In this document: positions 8,218-18,363 of the stretch, in pieces
How positions within the stretch are numbered: position 1 is the first letter of the stretch
How the letters are laid out: every line of letters starts with the position of its first letter
Source of the DNA: a virus
Reading direction: 5' to 3' (one strand)
IMG/VR virus record: IMGVR_UViG_3300045972_000139
Location: 1 to 49,761 of that record
Length of the DNA stretch: 49,761 nucleotides
Program-made: the position numbers and the translations under genes
The notes under the pieces: model-generated
What the model saw: only the letters and a program-made list of their open reading frames with translations
Told to the model about the DNA's origin: nothing
Database searches by the model: none

Positions 8218-10329
8218 ATGGGCTATTACTACACGGCCGCGGGCGATAAGATCACCGTAGACGATCACTCTTCGGAGACCGATCGCGCCCTCGCACACTA
8301 TCAGCAGCAAATCGACGGGCAGGCACAATCCAAGTCGTTGGATCAGGCCGCGGCGCAGACCGCGGCGGCAGCAGCGGCCAAGAAGGCAGCCGAAGACAAG
8401 GCGAACGCGGACGCGGCTGCGATCGGGCAGATCAAGAAGGACGCCTACAACTCGCACTTCCAGTACGGCGGCACCGCGACCGGGGCGGCGCAGGCGGCGG
8501 GGATGTACGGGTCGATGGGCCAGAACGCGCAACAGCGCGAAGGCGTCCAGGTCGACTACGGCAGGGCGAACAGTGCGAACAATCAGGCGGAGCAGTCGCG
8601 CGCTCAGCAGCTCGGTATCGCGGGCATCATGGCCGCGCGCGCACGCGGCGAGGTGCCGAGCATCGCCTCGATGCAGGCCGACCGGCAGATGCACCAGGCC
8701 GCGGCCGAGCAGACGAGTGCGGCCGCCTCCGCGCGTGGCCCCGCGGCGCTGGCGCTCGCGCAGCAAGGCGCGGCGGCGAACACCGCGGGCGCGCAGGCGA
8801 ATATCAGCAGCATGGCGCAGATCAACGGCGCGCAGGAGCGGCTCCAGGCGGAGCAGGCGGCCATGGGCGCTTACTCTGGCATGCGCGGGCAGGACTACCA
8901 GAACCAATCGCAGGCAGCGCAGCAAGCGCAGTACCAGGCGGGTCTCAGCGCGGAGCAGCGCAAGCAAAACGACCAGTTCCAGCTTGGCGCGATGGGCCTG
9001 CAGAACGACGTCAACAAGGCGCAGCTAGGCGCGCAGGGCAACCAGGCCAGCATCGAAGCCAACGCCTCGCAGGCGAAGGCGCAGGCGGCTCAGGCTCAGG
9101 CGGCACTCGCTCAGAATCAGTCGCAATACGACTCATCGCGGTGGGATAAGTACCTCATTGCCGGAGGCGGTGCCGCGGCGACGGCGGGCGGAGTGCTGCT
9201 ATTGAACGCGCTGGGCGGCAACGCCGGCAACGCGGGTGGCGGCAACACAACAGTCGGTGAGTTCGGAGCCTCGCCAAACTACGGCGTGCCGCTGGCTGGC
9301 GATACGTCGACGTCTTCAAGCGACACAGGGAGCTACTACGGAGGTAACGACGGGTCGTCCGCGGGCGCATCGTCGAACCCGTGGCAAGACGGGGTCAACT
9401 CCGACGTTAGGCTCAAGCAAGGCATCGAGAACGAAGGGCAGCATCCGCTCATGAACGGCAACTCGCGCGTTGACGCGTTCCTCGATGGCATCCACCCTCT
9501 GAGCTACCACTATAAGCAGGAGTCGAGCGAGCCGCGGTCGCAGCCTACGGGCGGGCGTTACCTCGGCATCTCCGCGCAGGACCTCGAGGCCGTGCCCGAA
9601 GTGGGGCATCAGCTCGTGAGTGAGGGTCCGCGGGGTAAGCAGGTGGAGATCGGCCCGTCGCTTTCGGCGGCGCTCGCAGGTCTCGCGCGTCTGCACGAGC
9701 GAGTGAAGGAGTTGGAAGGCGATGCGCATGACGGGGCACCGCATCACGGCGCACCCGAGCGCGGCGCACCGCAGCACGGCCACATCACCTCCGACATGCG
9801 CGCGAAGGGCGACGTGGTCTCCGAGGGCTCCGCGCCGTACGTCGACCCGCGCCGCGCCGCGTGGGAAGAGGGGCACGCGGCGGCAGTCGCGGACGTGGGC
9901 ACGCTCGCGAAGAAGACCCCCGAGCAGCTCCGCGCGTACGGAGACCATCCGCTCGCGGCGGCCGTGCGCGATGCGAAGCGCGGCGCGTACAACGAAGGCG
10001 GGCGCGGTCAGCTTGCGGACGACCAGCGCATGCGCTTTGCTGCGGCTGGCGCGTCGATGGATGCTGCGGCGGTGGGGCATGCCGACCGCATGGCGGAGGC
10101 TCGCGCGAGGCTAGCTGCGCCTCCGAGTACGATCGACCGCATGATGAGCGCGCCCGGTCGCGCGTACGAGTACCTCGCGAGCGCGAAGCCCACGGCGCCC
10201 GAGCGCGGCATCGCTCACGCGCTCGGCTACGAGCTCGCGGACGAGCGGAGCCCCGCGGCGTTCACGCGCGGCGACCCTGAGGATATCTCGCGGCCGAAGG
10301 GCATCGCATCCGTCTACGGGGGTCCGTGA
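8218..10329 (+). CDS. Internal virion / ejection-like protein: Gln/Ala-rich coiled coil, one TM segment, and an internal peptidase-S74-like (intramolecular chaperone) domain
   Basis: The segment SDVRLKQGIE...LSYHYKQ...GISAQDLEAVPEV...LARLHERVKELEG matches the S74 pattern (SDxRxK ... YxYK ... GxxAQ ... LExxL). Confidence 0.6.
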   Translation: MGYYYTAAGDKITVDDHSSETDRALAHYQQQIDGQAQSKSLDQAAAQTAAAAAAKKAAEDKANADAAAIGQIKKDAYNSHFQYGGTATGAAQAAGMYGSMGQNAQQREGVQVDYGRANSANNQAEQSRAQQLGIAGIMAARARGEVPSIASMQADRQMHQAAAEQTSAAASARGPAALALAQQGAAANTAGAQANISSMAQINGAQERLQAEQAAMGAYSGMRGQDYQNQSQAAQQAQYQAGLSAEQRKQNDQFQLGAMGLQNDVNKAQLGAQGNQASIEANASQAKAQAAQAQAALAQNQSQYDSSRWDKYLIAGGGAAATAGGVLLLNALGGNAGNAGGGNTTVGEFGASPNYGVPLAGDTSTSSSDTGSYYGGNDGSSAGASSNPWQDGVNSDVRLKQGIENEGQHPLMNGNSRVDAFLDGIHPLSYHYKQESSEPRSQPTGGRYLGISAQDLEAVPEVGHQLVSEGPRGKQVEIGPSLSAALAGLARLHERVKELEGDAHDGAPHHGAPERGAPQHGHITSDMRAKGDVVSEGSAPYVDPRRAAWEEGHAAAVADVGTLAKKTPEQLRAYGDHPLAAAVRDAKRGAYNEGGRGQLADDQRMRFAAAGASMDAAAVGHADRMAEARARLAAPPSTIDRMMSAPGRAYEYLASAKPTAPERGIAHALGYELADERSPAAFTRGDPEDISRPKGIASVYGGP

Positions 10330-12239
10330 TGGGATTCTTCGCCACGCTCCCCGCTGACGTCCAGGCGTCGCTCATTGCGGAGGGGTACGGCCCGCCCGCG
10401 CCGCTGCAAAGCTACGCGTCGGACCCCGCTCCTCCGCCGCCATCCCCTGCCCCGCCGCCCATGCCGCCTGCGGCGCTAGACGCCACGCTGGCACGCATGG
10501 CGGCGCATGCACCCGCCGCTAGGCCTAGCGTCTTTGGCCCGCCCATGGCGCCCCCTCAGGCGCCCATGTCTGCACCGGCTCCGCCGCCCGTTGCAGCGCC
10601 CGCGGCGCTGGACGCGGCACTTGGCAGTCTGGCGAACGCGCACTCCGCGCCGCCGCGAACGGCGCTCTCGGGGATGCCTCCGATGGCTCCGCCGCGGAGC
10701 CCTTTGGAGTCAGGCCCCGAGGCGCCTCCGCGCCATGGGCCGATGGCAGGCGGCTACGTCGGTGGGACACCCGTAGGCGCGGGCGAGACCGCGGGTAACC
10801 GCTACGCCAACGGCGGCGGGGCGGGCGGCGGAGTTCCGGGCGAGGCTGCGGCTCCCCGCGACGTGAACTGGGGTGGAGGCGGCGGTGGCTCTGCGACCAT
10901 CCCCGCGCACGAGCAGGCGCTCGTGATGCCCGCGCGGCAGAGGGCGCTGACGGGGGCCATCGACGCCGAGGCTGCGGCCATCGAGGCGCAGAAGACCGCC
11001 GTGGGCGGGTCTGCCGATGCAGCTGCGGAGATTGAGCGGCAGCGCGCCATCGGGACGCAGGAGATTGCCAGGGCCGCCGAAGACGCAGGCATCGACGTGA
11101 AGCTCCGCGCGAAGGCGCGCGCCGACGAGTCGAAGGCGTTCCGCGAGCACATCGACGCGTACGCGGCGAAGCTCGCGGAGGACAAGATCGATCCGAACCG
11201 CATGTGGAACAGCGCGAGCACGGGTCAGCAGATCACGTGGTCGATCGCGAAGGCGCTCGGCGCAGTGGGTCAAGCGTTCCTCGGTCAGTCGACGAATCAG
11301 GTTGCCGACCACATCGAGCGCATGGCCGCGCAGGACGTGGCCGCGCAGAAGGCGAACCACGACATCGGGCGCGAGCGCCTCAGCGATATGCACTCGATGT
11401 ATTCGCAGGCGCTCCAAGCGTCGGGATCAGCCGAGGAAGCCGACCGCGTCGCGACGGGCTACGCGCTCGAGGCCGCAAAGCAGAACGCCGCCGCGTTGAC
11501 GCAGTCGGCAACGAGCAAGGCGCAGAAGGCGAAGGGTGAGGAGCTCCAGGCCGCGCTCATCGAAAAGCAGGCGATCATCGGTGAGAAGAAAGCCGAAACG
11601 GAGATCAAGCTGAACCCGCTCGTCCAGGCGCGCACGGTGTCGACGGGGCCGGACATGGCGAAGCTCGGAAAGCAGGCGTTGGACCTGCAACTCGACTACG
11701 CCAAGATCGGGAAAGAGGTCTCCTATGACCAGGCATTCGCGGCGGTGATGAAGTCTCACACCGGGCAAACTGTCCGCGGGTTTGCCCCCGTGCAAGGAGC
11801 GAAGGCCGAGCCAGGCGGCAAAGACGAGAAGATGAACGAGGCCCGAACCGAAGTAGAGGGTGGTCTGAAGATGATCGACAACGCGCTCGAGACGGGGGCC
11901 GCGTACAAGCAAGGCCCCATCGGCGCGTTGTGGTCTCACGTCCCCGGCGCGACCGACTCGAAGATCGACAAGCTCGAACGCGACAAGTACAACGCTCAGG
12001 TCAAGGCCGTCGTCGGCGCAGGATGGAAGCTCGTGACGAGCGGCATGGAGCCGAAGAACCCAAGTATCATCGAAGAGCTTTCTGAGCACTACCAAGTACA
12101 CCCGAGCGATAGCGATACGCTGGCGCGTGCGAAAATGGGCGCACTGAAGAACATGCTCAAGGACGCCGCGGGGTCGAAGGGCGTTCTCTACGACACGTCA
12201 AAGAGCGGTGTCGTCGCCCCCCCGACCTTCGCGAAGTAA
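10326..12239 (+). CDS. Internal virion protein with a Pro/Ala-rich N-terminus and a long coiled coil
   Basis: 637 aa, GTGA-coupled. Its position is analogous to T7 gp14/15-type core proteins. Confidence 0.55.
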   Translation: MMGFFATLPADVQASLIAEGYGPPAPLQSYASDPAPPPPSPAPPPMPPAALDATLARMAAHAPAARPSVFGPPMAPPQAPMSAPAPPPVAAPAALDAALGSLANAHSAPPRTALSGMPPMAPPRSPLESGPEAPPRHGPMAGGYVGGTPVGAGETAGNRYANGGGAGGGVPGEAAAPRDVNWGGGGGGSATIPAHEQALVMPARQRALTGAIDAEAAAIEAQKTAVGGSADAAAEIERQRAIGTQEIARAAEDAGIDVKLRAKARADESKAFREHIDAYAAKLAEDKIDPNRMWNSASTGQQITWSIAKALGAVGQAFLGQSTNQVADHIERMAAQDVAAQKANHDIGRERLSDMHSMYSQALQASGSAEEADRVATGYALEAAKQNAAALTQSATSKAQKAKGEELQAALIEKQAIIGEKKAETEIKLNPLVQARTVSTGPDMAKLGKQALDLQLDYAKIGKEVSYDQAFAAVMKSHTGQTVRGFAPVQGAKAEPGGKDEKMNEARTEVEGGLKMIDNALETGAAYKQGPIGALWSHVPGATDSKIDKLERDKYNAQVKAVVGAGWKLVTSGMEPKNPSIIEELSEHYQVHPSDSDTLARAKMGALKNMLKDAAGSKGVLYDTSKSGVVAPPTFAK

Positions 12240-15104
12240 ATGGCCGAACCGACCACTCCCCCCGTACCCGCGCCGGCCACCGTGCCCGCGGGCAGCATCA
12301 CGCTCTACGACCCGCAGACGAAGGCGCCTGTCACCGTCGCCGCGGAGGACGCGCCGGGGCATATCCTCGCCGGGCGGCTCAACTACGTCCCCGGTCAACG
12401 CATCCCGGTCAAGGTCAACGGGCAGATCGGAACCGTCGACGCCGACGCGCTCGGTGATGCCGTCGCCAAATACGGCGCCAAGCCGGTCACGGGCGCGCAG
12501 TACCACGAGCACGAGCAGCAAAAGAAGTACGGCGACACGTTGCACGCGGCGGAGGCGTTCGGCGTCTCCGCTCTCGACTCTGCGACGCTCGGCGCGTCGA
12601 ACGCTCTCATCGGCGGGCTCGGTGGCAAGGGCGTCCGCGAGCATCTCCGCGGCGTCACCGAAGCGAACCCCAACGCATCGACCGCGGGCGACGTCGTCGG
12701 ATTCGTGGCCCCCGTCGCCGCGGACGTGCTCTCGGGTGGCTCGCTCACACCTGGCATTGCTGCCGCGGAGGGCGCACGCCTAGCCGAGCGCGGCATCGCG
12801 CGCACGCTCGCGAAGGGCGCCGCGGAGACGGCGCTACTTGGCCCCACGCGGCTGCTGTCGAAGGCTGGCGGGCTTGCCGAGGCTGGCGCGCGGGCGCTTG
12901 TCGGGCGCGAGGCTGAGAGCGCCGCGGCGCGCACCGCGCAGAACATCATCGCGGGCGGCGTGCGCGGCGCGGTCGAGGGCGGCATCGCGGGCGTCGGAAC
13001 CGAGGTCGGCCACCAGTACCTACAGGATGACCCGGCGCTATCCGGCGAAGCGCTGGCGTCAGCGTTCACGCATGGCGCGCTCATCGGCGGCGCGCTCGGC
13101 GGTGTACTGCACGGCGTGGGCGGGATGCTCACCACGAAGAAGGCCCCCGCGATGCTCGGCGAGCGTGGCGACGCGACGCTGGCGGGCAGCGTGGATCGCA
13201 AGGCGCTCTCCGGTGGCGTCGAGGCTGCGGAACTCGGCGCGGACGAGGCTGCGGTCAAGGCGGCCGACCACGGCAAGGCGCCCGGCGAGAAGACCGTCGC
13301 CGACCAGGCTGCGAAGCGGATTATCGATCAGGTGGATGATCCGAAGGCGCGCGCGACGCTGGAGAAGGCGTGGACCGACCGCGGCCCGCACGGGTTCGCG
13401 AAGCACGACGAGCTGGTGGGCGACGCCACGCGTAAGGTCGTCAAGAGCCTCGATGCGTCGCTCGAGGCCGGACACATCGTCGACATGGCGACGTTCGGAG
13501 AGGCCAAGGCGACCCAGATGGCCGCGCTGGTCCCCGCCGAGAACATCGGCATGGTGAAGAAGGCCGCGACGCACGTATGGGACGAGTCGATGAAGGTGCT
13601 CGACGAACTCGACTCCTACGCGGCGAAGGGCGGCGGAGAGCCGAGCATCAAGCGGCTCAAGAAGCAACTGACGGACCTCGTCACCAAGACGGAAGGCATG
13701 GCCGATCCGGCGTCGGGCATGATGGCGATCGACAGCTTCAAGCGCGCGGTCGGCAAGGAGACCGCGTACGGGACCAACCCGTTCGGGCGCACCGACGCCG
13801 CGCACGCGTTCGACGCGCTGTACGAGAAGATCCGGCTGGTCCTGGAGGATGAGAGCGTCTTCGGGCGCGGCGCCGTCGCTCAGAAAGAGGTCAACCAGGC
13901 GACCACCGAGATGCTCGGAACGTCGCGGTTCTTCAACGGCAAGTACACGGTGTCTTACGACTCCAAGGCGGGCGTTCCGATCTATCGCGCGAACGACGCA
14001 TCGATCGACGGGTTCATGAAGAACCTCACGCGCCCATCCGGCGACCTGAACACCGAGGCGTTCGCGGACAAGATCAACCGCCGCCGCGCGTTCCTTGATG
14101 CGGTGACGAAGAACTACACCTACGACGCGGCGGGCAAGTCGGCCATCGCGACGGACCGCGCCGCGCTCGACACGATGGAGAAGACCATCGCCCACACGAG
14201 TACGGAGGTCGCGCACGTCAACCAACTGAAGGCGCTCATGGCGGACGAGGGGCACGCGTCCAAGATCGGGCACAGCATCCCCGTGCTCGGCGGCATCATC
14301 GGCCTCGCCGTAGACTCCGTTACGAAGCCAGGCATGAGCCTCGCGCGGCTCGCCGAGCTCGAGGCGATGAAGAATCGCATCATCGCGAAGGTCGACGACG
14401 GCGTTGCGTCCGTGAAGACCGCGCTCCGCGGTGATGCCGAGCATCGCCGCAAGCCGGGACTGCCGCCGCACGACCGCGACACGTACGAGAAGCGGCGCGC
14501 GAGCGTGCTCAACGTCGCGAGCCAGCCCGAAGTGGTGCAGGCCCACATCGCAGGCGCCACGGGGCCGATGTCTCAGCGCGCTCCAGGCGCCGCCGCGGCG
14601 TTTCAAACGTCGGCCATCCGAACCGTGCAGTACCTCATGGCCGCGCTGCCCAAGCCGCCGCCGCCAAAGGCTAGCAGCCTCACGCCGCAGCTCGACATGG
14701 AATCGTGGCAACCGAGCGACCAGCAAAAGAGCCAGTTCGCGCGGAAGTTCGACATGGTGACGCATCCAGAGCACGCGCTGCAACTCGTCGCGGCGGGCAC
14801 GATCACCGCCCAGCACGTCGAAGCGCTCCAGGCGACCAACCCTCAGTCCTACGCGATGCAGGCGAAGAAGCTCCAGGCCGAGCTCGCCGCGCTGAAGAAG
14901 CCCGTTCCGCTCGACATGCAGGGGCCGATTCGTACGTTTCTTGGGATTCCACAAATGGACCCCGATACCCAACGGCTGATGATGCTCGCGACGCCTAAGG
15001 GCAGCGCGCAGGGTCCCGAAGGGGCACCTCCGCAAGGCCCGCATCGACCGCTAAAACTCGCGGATAACATGACGTTGAACGCGAGTGGTGCTACTAGAGA
15101 GTAG
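12240..15104 (+). CDS. Large internal virion / ejection protein
   Basis: 954 aa with an ATG directly after the TAA of the upstream gene. It holds a Gly/Ala-rich putative membrane-active segment. Confidence 0.55.
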   Translation: MAEPTTPPVPAPATVPAGSITLYDPQTKAPVTVAAEDAPGHILAGRLNYVPGQRIPVKVNGQIGTVDADALGDAVAKYGAKPVTGAQYHEHEQQKKYGDTLHAAEAFGVSALDSATLGASNALIGGLGGKGVREHLRGVTEANPNASTAGDVVGFVAPVAADVLSGGSLTPGIAAAEGARLAERGIARTLAKGAAETALLGPTRLLSKAGGLAEAGARALVGREAESAAARTAQNIIAGGVRGAVEGGIAGVGTEVGHQYLQDDPALSGEALASAFTHGALIGGALGGVLHGVGGMLTTKKAPAMLGERGDATLAGSVDRKALSGGVEAAELGADEAAVKAADHGKAPGEKTVADQAAKRIIDQVDDPKARATLEKAWTDRGPHGFAKHDELVGDATRKVVKSLDASLEAGHIVDMATFGEAKATQMAALVPAENIGMVKKAATHVWDESMKVLDELDSYAAKGGGEPSIKRLKKQLTDLVTKTEGMADPASGMMAIDSFKRAVGKETAYGTNPFGRTDAAHAFDALYEKIRLVLEDESVFGRGAVAQKEVNQATTEMLGTSRFFNGKYTVSYDSKAGVPIYRANDASIDGFMKNLTRPSGDLNTEAFADKINRRRAFLDAVTKNYTYDAAGKSAIATDRAALDTMEKTIAHTSTEVAHVNQLKALMADEGHASKIGHSIPVLGGIIGLAVDSVTKPGMSLARLAELEAMKNRIIAKVDDGVASVKTALRGDAEHRRKPGLPPHDRDTYEKRRASVLNVASQPEVVQAHIAGATGPMSQRAPGAAAAFQTSAIRTVQYLMAALPKPPPPKASSLTPQLDMESWQPSDQQKSQFARKFDMVTHPEHALQLVAAGTITAQHVEALQATNPQSYAMQAKKLQAELAALKKPVPLDMQGPIRTFLGIPQMDPDTQRLMMLATPKGSAQGPEGAPPQGPHRPLKLADNMTLNASGATRE

Positions 15105-15167
15105 CGAGTTTTCCGTAGCATACTGCGCCCCCACTGAATCAGGGGCCCCAACGAAGGGCCATGATTC

Positions 15168-15629
15168 ATGACGTTTCCCGCAGCATCACGAAAAGCCGCA
15201 TTTATCTCCGCCCCGCGCGCGCTCCAGGCGACAGGGCCTCAGGGGCAGGTTCTCGCCGTGTCCGTCAGCGCGGTCGCTAGCTACTTCGCGCTCTCGGCGG
15301 GACTATCTCAGGCGCCGTTCGACAGCACGACGCGGTCGGACCTCAAGAGCCTCACTCGGAACTATCTCACGATCGAGTGCGACGTGGACCTTGGCATCAT
15401 CCTCGGGTCCACCGCCGCGCTCGTGACGGCGGGCAACGCGCCGGTCATCGCGACGGTGGGCACGCTCGCCGCGGGCGTCTACACCGCCGCGGCGGGTACG
15501 TGCTTCGTCATCTACGCGAAGCAGCCGACGCGCATCTTGCTGCAGGATGGTCTCGACCTCTTCTTCGGCTTCGTCGCATCGGGCGCGGGCACGATGCGCG
15601 TCTACCAGTCGAGCAGCGACTCGGCGTAG
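15168..15629 (+). CDS. Hypothetical structural protein
   Basis: 153-aa ORF that starts the fibre sub-module after a 63-nt gap. Confidence 0.55.
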   Translation: MTFPAASRKAAFISAPRALQATGPQGQVLAVSVSAVASYFALSAGLSQAPFDSTTRSDLKSLTRNYLTIECDVDLGIILGSTAALVTAGNAPVIATVGTLAAGVYTAAAGTCFVIYAKQPTRILLQDGLDLFFGFVASGAGTMRVYQSSSDSA

Positions 15630-15631
15630 CG

Positions 15632-16048
15632 ATGAGCGGCCCCGCGTCAAACCAGAGGCTCGACGCGCTCCAAGGCGCTGATTTCTCCGAGACGTTCCTG
15701 TTCTTCAACCCGCCATCGAGCGGGTCGAAGGACGTGAGTGATCTCGTTCCCGTCGACTTCACGGGTGCAACTGCGCGCATGATGGTCAAACCGACGAGTG
15801 ACTCGACCGCGGTGGCGATTCTATCGCTCGCCATCGGCACCGGGCTCGAGTGGACAGCGGCTACGACGACGCCAGGCCCCGCGCTGCCCGCCTACAACAA
15901 TGGGCTGGTCGTCACCATCACGAAGGCGCAGCTCCTCGCCGCGGCCGCGGGGACGTTCTACTACGATTTGCTGGTCGACTGGGCGAGCGGTACGACGGCG
16001 ATCCTCGCTCGAGGGACGTTCACCATCGAGGCGACGGCGACGCGATGA
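15632..16048 (+). CDS. Hypothetical beta-rich (Ig-like) tail-associated protein
   Basis: An internal ATG of ORF 15377..16048 lies directly after the upstream TAG. A GTFYYDLLV...GTFTIE pattern recurs in fibre-associated domains. Confidence 0.55.
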   Translation: MSGPASNQRLDALQGADFSETFLFFNPPSSGSKDVSDLVPVDFTGATARMMVKPTSDSTAVAILSLAIGTGLEWTAATTTPGPALPAYNNGLVVTITKAQLLAAAAGTFYYDLLVDWASGTTAILARGTFTIEATATR

Positions 16049-16197
16049 TCCGCGTCGTCATCATCCCGATCCGCGCGTCACGCGTGGTCATTACGAAGGT
16101 CGAGGCCCCGTCGTCGGTGGGCGTTACGTTCCACATACTCACTGAGACAGGCCTCGTACTCGACACGGAAGCTGCCGACCAAATGAGGACTGAATAA
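16045..16197 (+). CDS. Small hypothetical protein (50 aa)
   Basis: ATGA overlap with the upstream stop and a TAATG junction with the downstream gene. Confidence 0.45.
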   Translation: MIRVVIIPIRASRVVITKVEAPSSVGVTFHILTETGLVLDTEAADQMRTE

Positions 16198-16676
16198 TGG
16201 CCGACGTCAAGATCACCGCACTCCCCGCGCGCGCGACCGTCGTAACTACGGACGTCGTCCCCGTGGTAGACGCGGCGTCTGGTGTACCTGCCACGCAAAA
16301 GGCCACCGTGGCGCAGCTTCGCGCGGCGATGATGCCGATCGTGGACGCCGACGTCTCGGCTACGGCCGCCATCGCGGGCACAAAGATCGCCACGACCCCG
16401 GCGTCCGCCATCGCCGCGCTCAACATCGACTGGTCGATGAGCGGCGTCTATACCAAGACGCTCGCGGCGGGCGTCAACACGTTCACGTTTTCCAACGCAG
16501 CCTCGGGGATGTGCATCATCGTGCGCCTGACCGGCGCGGTGTCGACCGTCGCGTGGCCCACGGTCAAGTGGGCCGGCGGCGCAGCCCCCGTGCAGACGGC
16601 ATCGGGGACCGACATCTACACCTTCGTCCACGACGGCACGAGCATCTACGGTTCGGTCGTGCAGGCGATGGCCTGA
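16197..16676 (+). CDS. Tail fibre / tailspike-like protein
   Basis: The N-terminus MADVKITALPARATVVTTDVVPVVD...TQKATVAQL resembles conserved fibre N-termini (ITxLPxAT...D..PVV). Confidence 0.5.
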   Translation: MADVKITALPARATVVTTDVVPVVDAASGVPATQKATVAQLRAAMMPIVDADVSATAAIAGTKIATTPASAIAALNIDWSMSGVYTKTLAAGVNTFTFSNAASGMCIIVRLTGAVSTVAWPTVKWAGGAAPVQTASGTDIYTFVHDGTSIYGSVVQAMA

Positions 16677-17398
16677 TGAAGCCGTTCTCCTTCATCAAGT
16701 CGTCGGGCGGCGTCTGGGCGCCGTCCTCCGCGAGCGTCCCTCTCCTCGCCTGGTACCGCCCCGATCTCGGCCTAACGCAGTCGGGTGGACTCGTTACCGC
16801 GTGGAACGATCAGAGCGGCGCAGGCGACGCGAACCGCAACCAGGCGGCCGCGGGCGCGCTTCGTCCGGGATTCACGGCGTCAGACGCCGCGTATGGCAAC
16901 AAGCCCACCCTGACGTTCTCCGGCTCGCAGTCGATGGCGTGCGCGGGCGCGTTCAGCGTGGCAATCGCGACCCCGATCAGCGTGGTGGTTGTGGGTCACA
17001 CGGGAGCATCGTCCGCATGGCTCGCGTGCCGGACTCCTCAGTACAACGCCTTCGGGTCCTATCCCAATACGGCTTCGCTAATCCTTGAGACGTCTGGGAC
17101 GAACGCGATATCCACCGTGACGAACACGGCAGCCCCAGGCGTCCGCATGTTTACGGACGACGGCGCTAACTGGAAGATGTACGACAAGAACCTAACAACG
17201 CCCGTGGGCACCGCGGCAACCCCTCACTGGGAATCCAATACCTTTCTGGACGTCGGCACTGCGCCCGGCTTCGCGTCGCCGTGCGTAGGCAGCATCGCGG
17301 AGATCATCGTCTTCGGCGGACTGCTCAGCGGCACCGACGTCGCGAACCTGCGCACGTACCTCAACACCACCCGCGCGTACGGACTCGCCGTCACGTGA
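16676..17398 (+). CDS. LamG/concanavalin-like receptor-binding candidate
   Basis: The pattern LLAWYRPDLGLTQSGGLVTAWNDQSGAGD...KPTLTFSG is typical of laminin-G-like phage tail domains. TGATG junction. Confidence 0.45.
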   Translation: MKPFSFIKSSGGVWAPSSASVPLLAWYRPDLGLTQSGGLVTAWNDQSGAGDANRNQAAAGALRPGFTASDAAYGNKPTLTFSGSQSMACAGAFSVAIATPISVVVVGHTGASSAWLACRTPQYNAFGSYPNTASLILETSGTNAISTVTNTAAPGVRMFTDDGANWKMYDKNLTTPVGTAATPHWESNTFLDVGTAPGFASPCVGSIAEIIVFGGLLSGTDVANLRTYLNTTRAYGLAVT

Positions 17399-17417
17399 TG
17401 CACCTACGGAGCCGACC

Positions 17418-17885
17418 ATGACCCCGACCGACCCGCGCGCTGAGCCATCCGAGAAGCCGACCAAAGAACTGCCCGCCGTCCCTGCGTGGGCCGTCGAGCT
17501 CACGCAGTCCGTCAAGAGCGGCATCGCGGAGCTCCGTGCAGACGTGGCGCTGGTCTCCAACGACCTCGGCGTGGTGAAGGACCGCGTCGCCATCCTCGAG
17601 AGCTTCCGATCCGACCAGGAGCAGCGCGCGAACCGCACCTCCGCGGGCGTCCGTAGCCTCTCGACCACCGACGCGGCGCAGGAGGCGCAACTCGCGCAGG
17701 AGCGTGCCGCACGCGAGGAACTCGCCGCGAAGGTAGACAGCCTCGCCAAGACGAACGAGACGCAGCTCGCCATTCTCGGCAGGCTCGACGCTGTCGTGAA
17801 GAACCCCCTCGCAAAGACCCTCGTTGCGATGCTCGCGACGGCGGCGATCACATGGCTTGCCGGCCACGGAGTCCACGTCCCATGA
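17418..17885 (+). CDS. Coiled-coil protein with a C-terminal TM helix. Lysis-cassette (holin/spanin-like) candidate.
   Basis: GGAG RBS and a C-terminal hydrophobic stretch LAKTLVAMLATAAITWLAG. It lies immediately upstream of the endolysin cluster. Confidence 0.55.
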   Translation: MTPTDPRAEPSEKPTKELPAVPAWAVELTQSVKSGIAELRADVALVSNDLGVVKDRVAILESFRSDQEQRANRTSAGVRSLSTTDAAQEAQLAQERAAREELAAKVDSLAKTNETQLAILGRLDAVVKNPLAKTLVAMLATAAITWLAGHGVHVP

Positions 17886-18139
17886 ACAGCATCAGTTCCC
17901 ACGCCATCACCTTCGTCGCCGCGGCCTACGTCGCCGCGGGCCTCATCATCGTCGACGTCACCGCGTGCTTCCCCGAGATGCGCAAGGTCGAGGCCGCCGC
18001 CGGCTACGAGGCGCAGCATGTGGCCTGCGTGGACCGCTACAACGACCGCAAGACGATCGACCTCTGCCGCGCTCGCGTGCGCGCCGCGTGGCTGATCGAC
18101 GCCGCGACCGACGCCGGCAGCGAAGGCGGTGACCAGTGA
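17882..18139 (+). CDS. Small N-terminal-TM protein (holin or i-spanin candidate)
   Basis: ATGA overlap. It has a TM stretch AITFVAAAYVAAGLIIVDV followed by a Cys-containing soluble part. Confidence 0.55.
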   Translation: MNSISSHAITFVAAAYVAAGLIIVDVTACFPEMRKVEAAAGYEAQHVACVDRYNDRKTIDLCRARVRAAWLIDAATDAGSEGGDQ

Positions 18140-18363
18140 GCGCCGCGAACCTCGTGCGCCTCGTGCGCCTCGTCGCGGACATCATCGCGGGCGACCGCAC
18201 CGACGCGCTCGCCGTCGCGCGCGAGCTGATGAATCTCGCCGTCGACTCGATTCCGGTGGAGGACCTCAAAGGCGAGTTGCTCGACCGCGATCGCATCTGG
18301 GCCGAGCTCGCCGCCGACATCGCGGAGAGCATCAAGGTGGGCCCGGCGCCCGTCGATCCGTGA
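18136..18363 (+). CDS. Small hypothetical protein in the lysis cassette
   Basis: 75 aa, GTGA-coupled on both sides. Confidence 0.55.
   Translation: MSAANLVRLVRLVADIIAGDRTDALAVARELMNLAVDSIPVEDLKGELLDRDRIWAELAADIAESIKVGPAPVDP

Noticed and set aside
13059-15044. Very long antisense or alternative-frame ORFs. Examples: 13059..15044(-) 661 aa, 43285..44595(-) 436 aa, 5815..7083(-) 422 aa, 1830..2849(-) 339 aa, 30105..31154(-) 349 aa, 26776..27846(+) 356 aa.
   Set aside because: They are extremely Arg/Ala/Pro/Gly-rich. They lie opposite or out of frame to ORFs that have recognisable motifs and balanced composition. This is the expected stop-codon-poor shadow of GC-rich coding DNA.
8218-15104. Lytic transglycosylase or peptidoglycan hydrolase domain in the three internal virion proteins, as in T7 gp16
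   Set aside because: I could not see a recognisable catalytic motif by eye. The only clear muralytic enzyme is the GH24 lysozyme at 18360..19109.
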